A DNA stretch of 62,103 nt from a virus (IMGVR_UViG_3300034104_002314:1-62103); one strand, 5' to 3'; shown: positions 1 through 11,200, counted from the stretch's first letter. Notes: a model not told the origin generated them from the sequence alone. Numbers and translations are program-made.

Positions 1-1
1 T

Positions 2-628
2 TGGGATCATTATGTATCTCCAGGACACACTCCTGATGGATGTGCTGGTTTAGTTCTTAACGGAGCTTATGTAGATACTAAATTCCAAAACTGTACATTC
101 CAAATCACTGACTTCTATGAAGTAGAACCAGTTAGATTGTATGTATCTGAAATGGACTTAAATGGTGATCCATGTTTGTTCAACGGAGTATGTGTAGTTA
201 AAGAATGTGAAGGAAGACAAGTAATGGGATTAGGTGAGTCAGTTGCAAGAGATGTTATTTTATCTGAGCAATACAGACAAAACTTCTTCCACTCAGACTT
301 CCGTATCCGTGAGATTACACAAGGATACAGTGTGTTTGATTTTATTAACCGTAACACTTTGTATACAAGATACTTTATCCAACACAATGTACCACGTTTC
401 AATAACCCAACTAGTACATTTGATAATGACCAATACTTGTTAGAAGTTATTACTTGTGAGGATATTCCTGCATTTGAAACTTTTGTTAATGATTGGTTAG
501 GTAATGGTTGTGGTAATGGTTGTACAGGTCTTGAAGTAGAAGGATGTGTTGAACCAGTTTGTGAACCAGTTTATAACTTCCCAGTTTTAACAACAAACTT
601 CAATCCTGACGTAACACAGTTCTGTTAA
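2..628 (+). CDS. 5'-truncated capsid-associated structural protein (probable crAss gene-75-like auxiliary capsid protein)
   Basis: Frame is open from position 2 (WDHYVSPGHTPDGCAGLVLNGAYVDTKF...), so the track start at 137 is internal. Followed by a strong terminator. Assignment rests on synteny with the crAss-like capsid module. Confidence 0.5.
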   Translation, partial: WDHYVSPGHTPDGCAGLVLNGAYVDTKFQNCTFQITDFYEVEPVRLYVSEMDLNGDPCLFNGVCVVKECEGRQVMGLGESVARDVILSEQYRQNFFHSDFRIREITQGYSVFDFINRNTLYTRYFIQHNVPRFNNPTSTFDNDQYLLEVITCEDIPAFETFVNDWLGNGCGNGCTGLEVEGCVEPVCEPVYNFPVLTTNFNPDVTQFC

Positions 629-652
629 GAATAGTATTTAAACTATAAACAT

Positions 653-690
653 AAAGGGGGAGCCGAGTGTAATACTCCTCCCCTTTTTTA
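653..690 (+). terminator. Rho-independent terminator
   Basis: GGGGGAG(CC)GAGT-GTAAT-ACTC-CTCCCC stem followed by TTTTTT. Confidence 0.85.
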
Positions 691-701
691 TTATAAACAT
701 C

Positions 702-1244
702 ATGGCAAATCATGTATTAAGCTTGGAAGTACCTACAGTTATGAACTCATGTATCATGAAGTTATTTGATACAAGTGTTTATACTAATCTACTTCCCGTA
801 ACTTGTCCAACATTAAATATCACTGTACCAGGATTTGGATATTCAGTGCAGATTGATACAACTGAAAACTTTGCAGAGACAATAACTGCATGTGACCTTC
901 AGTTGCAAACAGTAGATTGTGGAACAATAAACTATGATATACCGGACGGGATATACATTATAAAGTATAGTGTATCTCCTAATGATCAGGTATATGTAGA
1001 ATATAACCACATGAGAATTACACAAGCTTTAATAAAATACAATAAAGTTTTGTGTGATGTTGATGCTGCAGCATGTGATCCGCCAGCAGCAATCAAAAAG
1101 AAATTAGAAGCTTTAAGATTAATTAATATGTATCTTCAAGCTGCAAAAGCAAAAGTAGAATATTGTCATGAGCCACAGAAAGGAATGAGCTTATACAATT
1201 ATGCACTTAAGCTTTTAAATAAATTAACTTGTACAAATTGTTAA
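702..1244 (+). CDS. Conserved virion structural protein (probable crAss gene-74-like)
   Basis: 180 aa; Ig-like N-terminal part (LNITVPGF...IPDGIYIIKYSVSP) plus helical C-terminus; position in the crAss-like capsid module. Confidence 0.55.
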   Translation: MANHVLSLEVPTVMNSCIMKLFDTSVYTNLLPVTCPTLNITVPGFGYSVQIDTTENFAETITACDLQLQTVDCGTINYDIPDGIYIIKYSVSPNDQVYVEYNHMRITQALIKYNKVLCDVDAAACDPPAAIKKKLEALRLINMYLQAAKAKVEYCHEPQKGMSLYNYALKLLNKLTCTNC

Positions 1245-1264
1245 ACCAATAAAAAACCAACAAA

Positions 1265-1456
1265 ATGAGTAGTTGTCCTAATTGTGGTGCTAAGTTAAGT
1301 TGTGGATGTCAGAAGAGAACACTTCCAAATGGAAAACAAGGTTGCAGTAGTTGTGCTACCAAAGTAGCTAAAACTGTTGCTCCTGCAAAACCTACTGTAA
1401 ACACAAACACTTGGGGACCAAATAGATATTTAAACTTGAAAAAATTTACTAAGTAA
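1265..1456 (+). CDS. Small Cys-rich protein (possible Zn-binding virion protein)
   Basis: 63 aa; CPNC, CGC and CSSC motifs; A-rich leader; stop lies 1 nt before the next start. Confidence 0.7.
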   Translation: MSSCPNCGAKLSCGCQKRTLPNGKQGCSSCATKVAKTVAPAKPTVNTNTWGPNRYLNLKKFTK

Positions 1457-1457
1457 A

Positions 1458-3260
1458 ATGAGTACTCCTAAATTTCCTAGGGATGTAATAAGGTTCACAA
1501 GTTGTTGTGATGAAAATGACTTTCTAGAATTTATCTATGATGGTACAACAAACTATGGAACTTTAGTAGTACCTACAAATTTATATCCAGGATTTATAAA
1601 TACATGTTATAAAGTTACTATTTACTCTTCCTTAAACTGGAATACATTAACTCCAGCACCTTCTGTTGCAGCTTACTTTAATATAATAACAGAAGAACCG
1701 GAACCTGATTGTACTCAATATGAACTTTGTCCAAATTGTGCAATAAAGTGTTATATATTAGTTAATTGTGAAGGTGAAATATTCTTTTCAACTAATGAGC
1801 TTTTATATGATTACTTAAATGAGTATGTAGTAATTTCAGTAGATGGTGAACTATCAACTTGGTTTGTATTAGAGAATACAGGACCATGTAATGATCCCTT
1901 TAATAATTTTGGAATTGATGATACACTTCCAGAAAAATGTCCATGTAAATGTTATGATGTAGTTGGTAGTGCTAAATCTATTCTTAGATACTTAGACTGT
2001 GATGGTATATTACGTGAAGTAGTTGGTGGAGCTCTGCAGTTTTGTTCACAAATATATCCTATAGTAAAAGGTAATGTAAAAATAACAGATCATGGTAACT
2101 GTATTGATGGAGTATGTCCTACAGAATGTTATGCATTAACAAACTGTGATACTCAGGAAGTTATATATTCCAGACTTCAAAGTTTATCTCAATATGTAGA
2201 TACAAATACTGTAGTACAAATTGCAGGTTATGATGGATGCTGGTCAGTAGATGAGTCAAAAGAAGTGTGTGATTGTCCTGTTGATGTTATAGTACTTAGA
2301 GAGTATAAATCATGTCCTGACTGTTTACCTATAGTAGCCTACAAACTTACAAGTTGTGAGAATGAGAATGATATTAAATATACTTATCAAGACTTATCAG
2401 AATTTGTTGGACAGTATGTTAAAATAGAAGACTGTGGTTGTTTCCTTGTGGAACTTATAGATTTTCAACCAACTAGTGAAACTACTGTAGTTGTAGTAAC
2501 TTCATTTAACACATGTACTGAGTGTTTGACTCAATATTATATACTAGAAGACTGCAACGGTTTGCTTGATCCAATATATACAGGAACAGATCTTTCTGGA
2601 TATCTTGATGACATAGTTAATGTAAAAGGATGTGAAGGTTGTTGGAGTATAACAGAAGTTGAGATACCAATAAACCCAGTACCAGTTACAATTACAAATA
2701 CATATATAGGATGTCCTGAATGTGCGCCACCTCCACCATGTCTTTGTAATAGAATGACAAACTATAGTACAGAACAAAAAACATATACATATATTGATTG
2801 TAATAGTCAAGAACAAACGATTGTATTGGCTGCTGGACAGTCTACTGGAAAAATATGTTTACAGGGTTGGACTTTAGATTATCCTGAAACTGATAATCTA
2901 GAAATATTTGGAGAGTGCTCAGAAAGTAATACACCAGGTGTTTATGTATGTCCTATAGTAACTCCTAAAAGAAAAATAAAACCGGGATATTCTGTACCAA
3001 CATGTGATATAGATAAGTGGGAAAAGATAACATGTAGAGCATCAGAGATATTATATAAAGAAGTTATGAGGCTTAGATATGGTATGAGCAACTGTTGTCC
3101 TGAAGATGATGAGAAGTGGTTAATTAAAAAAGAGCTAATAGATTTAGCTGCTTTAGTTGATCCTGATTATATATGTAAACCAGTTCAGTCTTGTGGTTGT
3201 CCACCTAGCTCATGCGGGTGTGGATGTAATACTACACTTAAGACTTGTAATTCTCAATAA
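1458..3260 (+). CDS. Cys-rich repeat structural protein
   Basis: 600 aa, about 50 Cys by manual count; repeated units of about 70 aa, Y-x-L-x-x-C ... GC[WF] ... CxxC. Confidence 0.75.
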   Translation: MSTPKFPRDVIRFTSCCDENDFLEFIYDGTTNYGTLVVPTNLYPGFINTCYKVTIYSSLNWNTLTPAPSVAAYFNIITEEPEPDCTQYELCPNCAIKCYILVNCEGEIFFSTNELLYDYLNEYVVISVDGELSTWFVLENTGPCNDPFNNFGIDDTLPEKCPCKCYDVVGSAKSILRYLDCDGILREVVGGALQFCSQIYPIVKGNVKITDHGNCIDGVCPTECYALTNCDTQEVIYSRLQSLSQYVDTNTVVQIAGYDGCWSVDESKEVCDCPVDVIVLREYKSCPDCLPIVAYKLTSCENENDIKYTYQDLSEFVGQYVKIEDCGCFLVELIDFQPTSETTVVVVTSFNTCTECLTQYYILEDCNGLLDPIYTGTDLSGYLDDIVNVKGCEGCWSITEVEIPINPVPVTITNTYIGCPECAPPPPCLCNRMTNYSTEQKTYTYIDCNSQEQTIVLAAGQSTGKICLQGWTLDYPETDNLEIFGECSESNTPGVYVCPIVTPKRKIKPGYSVPTCDIDKWEKITCRASEILYKEVMRLRYGMSNCCPEDDEKWLIKKELIDLAALVDPDYICKPVQSCGCPPSSCGCGCNTTLKTCNSQ

Positions 3261-3278
3261 TAATTAGTATATTATAAT

Positions 3279-5033
3279 ATGAAACCATTAAATTTAGATA
3301 ATAGACCGTGTAGCCCAATATCAAGTAATTGTGTGATATGGCAGGGTCCAGATATTCCATGCATTAAATTATGTACAGGAGACACTGTATCTGATGTAGT
3401 ATTTAAACTAGCTACAGAACTATGTACTATAATGGACACACTTAAAATTACAAACTATGATTTATCATGTTTTAATTTAACAGCTTGTCCACCGGATGAT
3501 TTTCAAAAACTTATCCAGTTAATAATAGACAAAGTTTGTGCACTTGAAAATATTAATAATTCTGAATCAACTTCTACAGGAACTCCAAGAAGTGCAAGAG
3601 CTACATGTCCTGATTGTGTTGTAACTGTTGCTCCACCATTTGTGATGGGTACACAAACTACCATGCAATTAGTAGAGTATGTGAATGCAATTGGTGATAA
3701 AATTACATCTATTATTAATGAGATTTTAAACTTGCAAGTTCAGATTGATGGTTTAAATATTAGAGTTACAACAATTGAAAGTACAGTTCCTCCAGTATAC
3801 ACATTACCAAGTATTAGTACAGGATGTTTGCAATCCTATATTGTTGGTAATCCGGCTACAGCAGGAATTGATATTGTATTGAATGCCTTATTAAATGATG
3901 CTAATGTTGGGTACTGTGCTCTTAAAGGTGCTACAGGAGAACCAGCTGAAATTTCAGCAGCAGTTCAATCTCAACTTTTATGTATTACTGATTTAACTCA
4001 ACCATTAGCAGCACTTCCTACTATAACAACATTTAGTGCTTACTATGCTGGAACATGGGTTCAAGATGGAGATTTAAGTACAGCTGCTAATGCAATAAAT
4101 AATATATGGATTACACTATGTGACCTTTATACTTATGTATCTAACTTTAATGTTAATATTAATGTTCAGGATACAAATACAGTTAACTTAACATTTTCTT
4201 CTGGAGTGTTATCAGCAGATGTGCAAGATACAGGTTGGGTTAAACTTGTTGGTTTTGATACTTACATGAATGATACAGCTGGAACACAATATGAATATCC
4301 ACAAGTAAGAAGAATAGGAAATCTTTTACACTTTAAAGGTAATGTTGTAGTTCCACTGGCTGAAACAACAAGTGCACTAAGACCATGGTTATATACCACT
4401 ACGGTTAATAACTATGAAGAAGATCCTTCTACGGGTAATGCTACAACAATTGTAACACCATATCAAGGAACAGGTGGTGTAATTCTTAATTCATTTGGTT
4501 CTATTCAATTTAATAGAAATGGAGCAGGTAATGCTGAGTCTGTTATACCCACTGCAGTAATTCCTGCAGGTTATCAATTAGATGGTGGATATTCACATCC
4601 TTCAGGTTTTGTTCATGCTAGACGTGATATAAAAATTGGTGCAAATACAAGCACTATGCTTTCATCATTATTTAGAGTTAGTATATCCCAGACAGGTATA
4701 CTAAGTTTTAGTTTAGTTAAAAATTCTGAGGAAAGTTTTATCAACACAAGTAATGATGCATTTGACACATCACATTTAAACTATATTATTTCACATGTAG
4801 TTTCTGGAGAAAGTGTTCCACAGTTTAAAACAGGAACTAACATTGTTCACTCATTAGCTGGTGGAGGAACTTCAGATTTAAATCTTGACTTTCCAGCAGC
4901 ATATACATACCCATTTACTTGTAATGCAAATGATGAAACTGAAGTTGGTGGGTTTGTTTTATCCATCACAGGACTATCTGCATTTATAAGTCCATGTGGT
5001 ACATTAATACCAACACCTACACCATGTCCTTAA
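3279..5033 (+). CDS. Putative tail fibre / fibre-hub protein
   Basis: 584 aa; N-terminal CVIWQGPDIPCIKLCTGDTV motif, a coiled coil, then QDTGWVKL...VRRIGNLLHFKG, typical of phage fibre beta-domains. Confidence 0.6.
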   Translation: MKPLNLDNRPCSPISSNCVIWQGPDIPCIKLCTGDTVSDVVFKLATELCTIMDTLKITNYDLSCFNLTACPPDDFQKLIQLIIDKVCALENINNSESTSTGTPRSARATCPDCVVTVAPPFVMGTQTTMQLVEYVNAIGDKITSIINEILNLQVQIDGLNIRVTTIESTVPPVYTLPSISTGCLQSYIVGNPATAGIDIVLNALLNDANVGYCALKGATGEPAEISAAVQSQLLCITDLTQPLAALPTITTFSAYYAGTWVQDGDLSTAANAINNIWITLCDLYTYVSNFNVNINVQDTNTVNLTFSSGVLSADVQDTGWVKLVGFDTYMNDTAGTQYEYPQVRRIGNLLHFKGNVVVPLAETTSALRPWLYTTTVNNYEEDPSTGNATTIVTPYQGTGGVILNSFGSIQFNRNGAGNAESVIPTAVIPAGYQLDGGYSHPSGFVHARRDIKIGANTSTMLSSLFRVSISQTGILSFSLVKNSEESFINTSNDAFDTSHLNYIISHVVSGESVPQFKTGTNIVHSLAGGGTSDLNLDFPAAYTYPFTCNANDETEVGGFVLSITGLSAFISPCGTLIPTPTPCP

Positions 5034-5045
5034 AAATATAAAATA

Positions 5046-5816
5046 ATGGCAACTACAAATACAACAAATAAATGTAAGAAATGCGGATGTGAGGATAGCT
5101 TTATGCCAAGTCCTGCACCATGCCCAACACCACAAGGATGTCCTAATCCAGAACCATGTTCTGAAGTTGTGGATGCTCAGTGTGTAATATACACTGGTGA
5201 TAATATTTTATGTGATGAAGAAATTATAGTTACTACAAATGATACTGTAGCTGAAGCTATAGAAAATATAGTAGATCATTTTTGTAATGAAACATCACAA
5301 ATAATTCCTATTACATCATTTAGAGCTGTTACAGGTGCTCCTCAAAATATTAATTCTTTATCCTCTACCCTAGCAAATTCTTTTATTGGTAATGGAGCTA
5401 CAGTAACTAATCTAACTGTTAACTATCAATTAGTAAACAATGTTACAACATCCCAATATGCTTCATTAACAGGAGAGTGGACATGTCCACAAACAGGTAA
5501 GTATGATATTAATTATAACATTTATTTAAGTGCACCAAATTCAGTGACTGGTCCTGGACAAACGGGTTGGGGTGAATTTGGAGGAAGTATACAAATAGGT
5601 GTAACAACAACTAATGGTCTTACAACATATGCGGCTGATATAATTTCTTTACCAGAAAAGGTACCGTTTTTAAGAGTATATGGTACAGGAGTATTGCAAG
5701 GTGTTCAACTTACTGCAGGTACTGTACTTGTATTAAAAGTATTAAATCTATCAGGTATTAATTATACATCAGTATCAGGTGATAATATTGATTGGTCAAT
5801 AAGAAGAGTTGGCTAA
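5046..5816 (+). CDS. Fibre/spike protein with C1q/BclA-like C-terminal domain
   Basis: 256 aa; Cys-rich N-terminus with CVIYTGDNILC motif; TGEWTCPQTGKYDINY and VQLTAGTVLVLKV match the C1q-like pattern. Confidence 0.6.
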   Translation: MATTNTTNKCKKCGCEDSFMPSPAPCPTPQGCPNPEPCSEVVDAQCVIYTGDNILCDEEIIVTTNDTVAEAIENIVDHFCNETSQIIPITSFRAVTGAPQNINSLSSTLANSFIGNGATVTNLTVNYQLVNNVTTSQYASLTGEWTCPQTGKYDINYNIYLSAPNSVTGPGQTGWGEFGGSIQIGVTTTNGLTTYAADIISLPEKVPFLRVYGTGVLQGVQLTAGTVLVLKVLNLSGINYTSVSGDNIDWSIRRVG

Positions 5817-5857
5817 AAGAAGTTACAGGTTGTTGGTTTCTGTGACAACAAGGCAAT

Positions 5858-5888
5858 GACCCTCACACTTGTGGGGGTTTTGTTTTTT
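5858..5888 (+). terminator. Rho-independent terminator
   Basis: ACCCTCAC-ACTT-GTGGGGGT hairpin followed by a T-rich run. Confidence 0.75.
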
Positions 5889-5899
5889 AGTTACATTTG
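5869..5899 (+). promoter_or_regulatory. Bacteroidota sigma70-type promoter
   Basis: TTG (5869-5871), 20-nt spacer, TACATTTG (5892-5899); matches the TTG/TAnnTTTG consensus. Confidence 0.45.
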
Positions 5900-5937
5900 C
5901 TAGTCTCATTTATTTTTAGTATATTAATAGTAATAGC

Positions 5938-6519
5938 ATGAAGGAATTTAAAAAACCAGATGTTAAGGCTCCAAGGTATAGACCACAAGCTTATAACATT
6001 TTAAACAAAGAGTTCTTTGACTTATTTAGAAAGAAGTATCCAAGGTACAGTAATCTGGATAATAATAGTTTAAAAAAGATTGCCAAAACTTTTAACAAGT
6101 TAATCTATCAAACTATTATTGACACTAGAGATGGTGTACAATTACCTGAGTCATTAGGTTGGATATTTATTGGATCTTGTGATCAGAGTAAAAAAAATAA
6201 CATAGACTTTTCTAAGTCTACAAAATATGGAGTAACTGTTACTAACAGAAACTGGGAAACAGACGGTAAGTTAGCTAAGATATTTTATACAAGCTTGGCT
6301 CCTAAACACAAAATAAGAAACAGAGAATTTTGGAGTTTTAGAGCATGCAGAGAATTTAAAAGATCTGTAGCAAAAACTTATCCTGAAAACTGGAATATGT
6401 ATGTAAGGTTGGATCCTCTTTCTAAATTAGAAACTATATATAAAAAGGCTAATTATAAGGAGTACATGAAAAATGAAACTGCTAAGGCTCTTAAAACATA
6501 TAATGAATTTGACATATGA
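5938..6519 (+). CDS. IHF/HU-like DNA-binding protein of crAss-like phages
   Basis: 193 aa, basic; helical N-part followed by GVQLPESLGWIFIG (HU/IHF beta-arm pattern); syntenic position. Confidence 0.6.
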   Translation: MKEFKKPDVKAPRYRPQAYNILNKEFFDLFRKKYPRYSNLDNNSLKKIAKTFNKLIYQTIIDTRDGVQLPESLGWIFIGSCDQSKKNNIDFSKSTKYGVTVTNRNWETDGKLAKIFYTSLAPKHKIRNREFWSFRACREFKRSVAKTYPENWNMYVRLDPLSKLETIYKKANYKEYMKNETAKALKTYNEFDI

Positions 6520-7181
6520 CAACTATAGGTGAAGCAATATCAAGAGTAAGAAATGCAGTAAAAGCTGTAAAAGAAGATCCATTCTTAACTGATAGGCAAA
6601 TATATTTTGCTTTACAAAAGTATTCTCAAGCACTAATTAAGAGAGAAGACAATCAGTTTAGACTTATGAAAATAAGTTCTATCTTCAAAGTGCTTCCCTA
6701 TATTGAACTTATTGATGTAGATAAAGTAGAAGCTGGTTGTGTTGGTGTATACTCTGAGTGTTACATAAAAAGATCCAAGGATAAATTACCAACAATACTA
6801 AATGGTGTGTTTGGTCCTATTATCCGTACTACATCTTCTATAGATGGATCTATAGAAATGTTTAGAACAGATCCTGGTACTTGGGTTTCTATGACTAAGA
6901 CAACTACATTTAAATATAACAAGAGACCATACTTCTGGTATCTTAATGGATATGTATATTGTCCTAATATAGACTGGGATGCTATCAAGATGGAGGCTAT
7001 ATTTGAAGGTGAAGTAGATATATGTGATCCTAAAGTAGAATGTATGGTAAAACAAGATCAAGCACTTTCATTACCAGAATATTTATTTGCTGAAGTAGAA
7101 CAACTTGTTATTAAAGAATTAACCATGCTGATGTCAGTACCTGTAGACTCTACAGATGATGGGCAAAATATACTTAGATAA
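6516..7181 (+). CDS. Tail ring/adaptor protein (crAss gene-73-like)
   Basis: 221 aa; EDPFLTDRQIYF motif; ATGA overlap with the upstream gene; precedes the tail tubular gene. Confidence 0.6.
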   Translation: MTTIGEAISRVRNAVKAVKEDPFLTDRQIYFALQKYSQALIKREDNQFRLMKISSIFKVLPYIELIDVDKVEAGCVGVYSECYIKRSKDKLPTILNGVFGPIIRTTSSIDGSIEMFRTDPGTWVSMTKTTTFKYNKRPYFWYLNGYVYCPNIDWDAIKMEAIFEGEVDICDPKVECMVKQDQALSLPEYLFAEVEQLVIKELTMLMSVPVDSTDDGQNILR

Positions 7182-8224
7182 TGGATTTTAATTATACACT
7201 CCGTTACAGGACATTTGATCAACTACTGGAAGATGTTACAGTAGACATGCATACATTTGCTCTAGAAAATATGATAGAGCCTCAGACTTTGATTAAGTTA
7301 GTTAAAAAACTTAACTATGATTTAGGTCTAAGGATAAATCAAACTAGAGAAGTTGTACTAGAAGTTTGTCATGGTAGAGTAAAACTTCCAGATGACTTTT
7401 ATGTATTTAACTTTGCTTTGCTTTGCGGAGAGTTTGATCTTGCAACAAGCTATGGTGGACCAGCAGGAGGAACTAACATACAGGAAGTTCCATATAAAGA
7501 GTTTCCATCCACAGTAAATCAATGTGCTCCAGAGAGTGTAAACTGTAGAACATGTAATGCTAATCCATGTAATCATACAGCAGCTTGTGATCTTAATCAT
7601 CCTATAGTGGATCCAATACCAACTGCATATGATCCTAACAATCCTTATGGTGATACATGTATACCACCAAGAGTATTTATGAACTGTAAAGGAGAAAAAT
7701 ATGAGTTAGTTCAAATAATGAGCAGAACAGAAACAAGAACATACAGAAGACTGATTCCATTAAAAATGAAAACTAGTCAAAGTATAGAATGTGACTGTCC
7801 AAACCTATATATGAACAGTACATTTGAAGGATGGATAAAAGATGGTTTTCTTTTTACAAACTTTCAAACCGGGAATGTATACCTTAATTACCAAGGAGCA
7901 CTAGAAGATGAGGCTGGTAACTTACTTGTTCCAGATCATGATCTTCTTAATGAATACTATGAGTATGCATTAAAGCAAAGAATACTTGAGAACTTATTCA
8001 TGAATGGAGAAGATGTTTCTCAAAGAATGAGTATGATTGAGCAAAGACTAAGAGCTGCAAGAAATCAAGCACTTAGTTTAGTTAACACACCAAACTTTAA
8101 AGAAATGGAAAAGCTATGGTGGACAAATAGAAGAGCCCAATACAATAAGTACTATGATATGTTTAAAAGTTATAGTCCTAATGCAGCTTTTTATAGATAT
8201 TACGGAAACACTAGAGTTATATAA
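7181..8224 (+). CDS. Tail tubular protein (P22 gp4-like) with Cys-rich insertion
   Basis: 347 aa; GRVKLPDDF...FTNFQTGNVYLNY...DEAGNLLVPD pattern of crAss Ttub; TAATG coupling. Confidence 0.65.
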   Translation: MDFNYTLRYRTFDQLLEDVTVDMHTFALENMIEPQTLIKLVKKLNYDLGLRINQTREVVLEVCHGRVKLPDDFYVFNFALLCGEFDLATSYGGPAGGTNIQEVPYKEFPSTVNQCAPESVNCRTCNANPCNHTAACDLNHPIVDPIPTAYDPNNPYGDTCIPPRVFMNCKGEKYELVQIMSRTETRTYRRLIPLKMKTSQSIECDCPNLYMNSTFEGWIKDGFLFTNFQTGNVYLNYQGALEDEAGNLLVPDHDLLNEYYEYALKQRILENLFMNGEDVSQRMSMIEQRLRAARNQALSLVNTPNFKEMEKLWWTNRRAQYNKYYDMFKSYSPNAAFYRYYGNTRVI

Positions 8225-8226
8225 CT

Positions 8227-11200
8227 ATGGCAAAGATTCAAGATACGTCACAAACTAAACCTAGTAGTTTTGTAAAAGGTTTAAATAAAGATTCAGATCC
8301 TACATATATTCAAGAGGGTATGTGGACACATGCCCGAAATGTTGTAAATAATACTGTAGAAGGTGAATTAGGTTCATTATCTAATCAACCATCAAATTTT
8401 AAATGTCCTTCTGCTTTTCCTCCAGGGATTACAATGCCACAGTTTGCATCATTATTTAAAAAAATTACATCAAGATATGTTATAGGTGCAATACATTTAT
8501 TTTCTGATAAGTGGATTATATTTACTGCTGGACATAACTCTACCGGTCAACCTGCAATGTCAGAAATAGGATTACTTGAAGAAGAAAGGTGCATATATAG
8601 ACCTATTGTACAAGATGCTTGTTTAGGTTTTGATAAAAGATATTTAATATCTGGTGCTGCTAGATTAGTACAAGATTGTTCCTGGCAAGTATATTGGGCT
8701 GATGGATTGAATCCTGACAGATACTTGAATATTGGTGATCCCCAAACTTGGCCAACAGAAGATTTTATATGGGCATTAAATTCTTATGTTCCTGCACCAA
8801 ACTCTCCTACTACATCAATTACTCAAGTAATATATGATGCTAATGTAAATTATTATGTTAATGCAAATGGAGAACAAATACTTTGGCCGGGTGTACAGTG
8901 GGTAGAAAATTGTACAGAACCTGTTGATTCAGATGGTGATGGTGAGCCAGATCCATCATGTGTTTTCTGTACACAGTTTAATTCTTTAGATTGTATTCAT
9001 ACAAGACTAGCCAGAATAATAAAAACTCCATGTCTTAAGGTTAGACTTGGTGATTCAGGTGGTACCCTTAGAAATGGAACCTATTTTGCTACACTAGCAT
9101 ACAGTATTAATGGTGTAAAAGTATCAGATTATTTTTCACCAAGTAATAGCCAACCTATATGGTATGATAATGATCTTCAAGGATCATTGGTTATTGAAGT
9201 AGAAGCAGATACTGAAAACTTTGATGAGTTTATACTAGTGATTGTACAAAATATAAATCAAGGTACTGTAGCCAGACAAATTGGTATATACTCAACTAAA
9301 ACCAAAAGGATAGAGTTAGATCAAATAAAAGAAGATCTTATTTCAGTACCAGTTCAGTTCCTACCAGTAGTAACTCCAATAGTAGAAAAGTCAAATCAAA
9401 TTGGAGAAGTAAATGATTATCTACTAAGAGTAGGTACCACATCTAAATTTGATTTTAACTACCAACCTTTGGCAAATCTTATTCAAACTAGATGGGCCTC
9501 TGTTAAATATCCTGCAGATTATTATGTTAAGGGAGGAAACAAAGGTAGTTACATGAGAGATGAAGTATATGCTTTTTTTATACGCTGGGTATATGATACT
9601 GGAGACAAATCTGCTTCATATCATATTCCAGGAAGAGTTGAAAGAGATTATAAAATAAATGGTATTAACTATCCAGAAACTACGGATTGGTTAGATAGAA
9701 ATACTCTTGCCCAAAGTGATAGATTATTTGAAGTATATAATACAGCTGGTGCATTCTCAACACATCCTTTAATAGGAACTACAACTGATGATGGGGGAAC
9801 TGTTATTGCAGTAGGAGATATGGGTTATTGGGAGTCTGAGGAAAAGTATCCAGATAACAAACCTGATGTATGGAATGCAAGTGCAAATTGTTGGACTGCT
9901 GTTCCTATTGATCCTGTGTCAGGTTTACCTATATCAGATCCATCTTATGATTTATGTGGTCAACACATAAGGCATCATAAGTTTCCAGATAACTATTTAA
10001 ATGCTGATACTCTTCATTTTGAAAGTAGTGCTAATTACACCACCTTTGGTAGTAATCTCAATATAAGAATAATGGGAGTCTTTTTTGAAAACATAATTTA
10101 TCCAAAAGATAATTATGGAGAAGACATACCTGGTATTGTAGGTTATGAAATATTAAGAGGATCTAGAGAAGGTAACAAGAGTATTGTTGCTAAAGGTATG
10201 ATTAATAACTTTAGAAGTTATGAAATAAGAGGTAATGCTAAAAGAAACAAAACAGGTCTTTATGCTAACTATCCTTTTAATACAATCAAACCTTCTACTA
10301 ATTTAGGTGGTACGTGTATTTTTGGACCTTCATTATTACCTTGTCACAATAGAGGCTTTAATGATCCTTATATAAAACTTCAAGATCCAAATGATCCTGA
10401 CAAAGTTTTTGATCAAGTAGTTCCCAAAGAGATAGTATCTTTTCACTCTCCTGATACAATGTTCAGAACACCATTCTTATCATTTACAGAACTAAAAATT
10501 TATGGTCATTTACTTGGTGTATCAGATCAACAATTTAAAGAACCTGATAGACATCCAAAATGGAAATTAATATCAGATGAAGCTAAAACTATAATGTATG
10601 TCTTAGGTATTGCTGAAGCTGCTTATTCATTTCAAGGAAAGTATATTGTCAATGAACCACCAGCACAACCTGCAACTACTAATGCTCTTGCTTCAGTTGG
10701 AGCACCTGCAGCTCTTGCTGCTTATCAGGGTGCTGTTGAAGTTTATGAACAAGCAATGATAACATACTTTGCAACTGGTTTAGCACTTGTTGATAGTGTA
10801 GCAATGGCTTTTTCAGGTATCAGGCCTTTTTATGAATTTTTTATTTTTTCTGCTTATGACGCAGCTGTTGGAACTGCAGCAGCAGCAGGTATAGTTACAC
10901 CAAGCCCAACTGAATATACAAGAGAACTTCCTAAATGGGCTTATCTTGATCCCGTATCAAGAGCACTTGGTGGACTTAATCAGTTTTTATTTTACTTTAG
11001 TGAGGGTGTAGATATTGCTTTAAGAGGAATATATGCTGCAGTAAAATGGGATCAGTATGCATTACAAATGATTGCACATGGTTTCTATGGAGGCTTTGGT
11101 GCAAATAAAATTACAGATACTGTTAGATTTAGAATTGAAGATAGTACATATTTAAGAGATAACATTCTTGAATTACCAAGATATCAACTAAACAACCAAA

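Noticed and set aside
500-572. Short tandem duplications (GGTAATGGTTGT x2; GAACCAGTT x2)
   Set aside because: In-frame micro-duplications in a low-complexity tail, too short to imply function.
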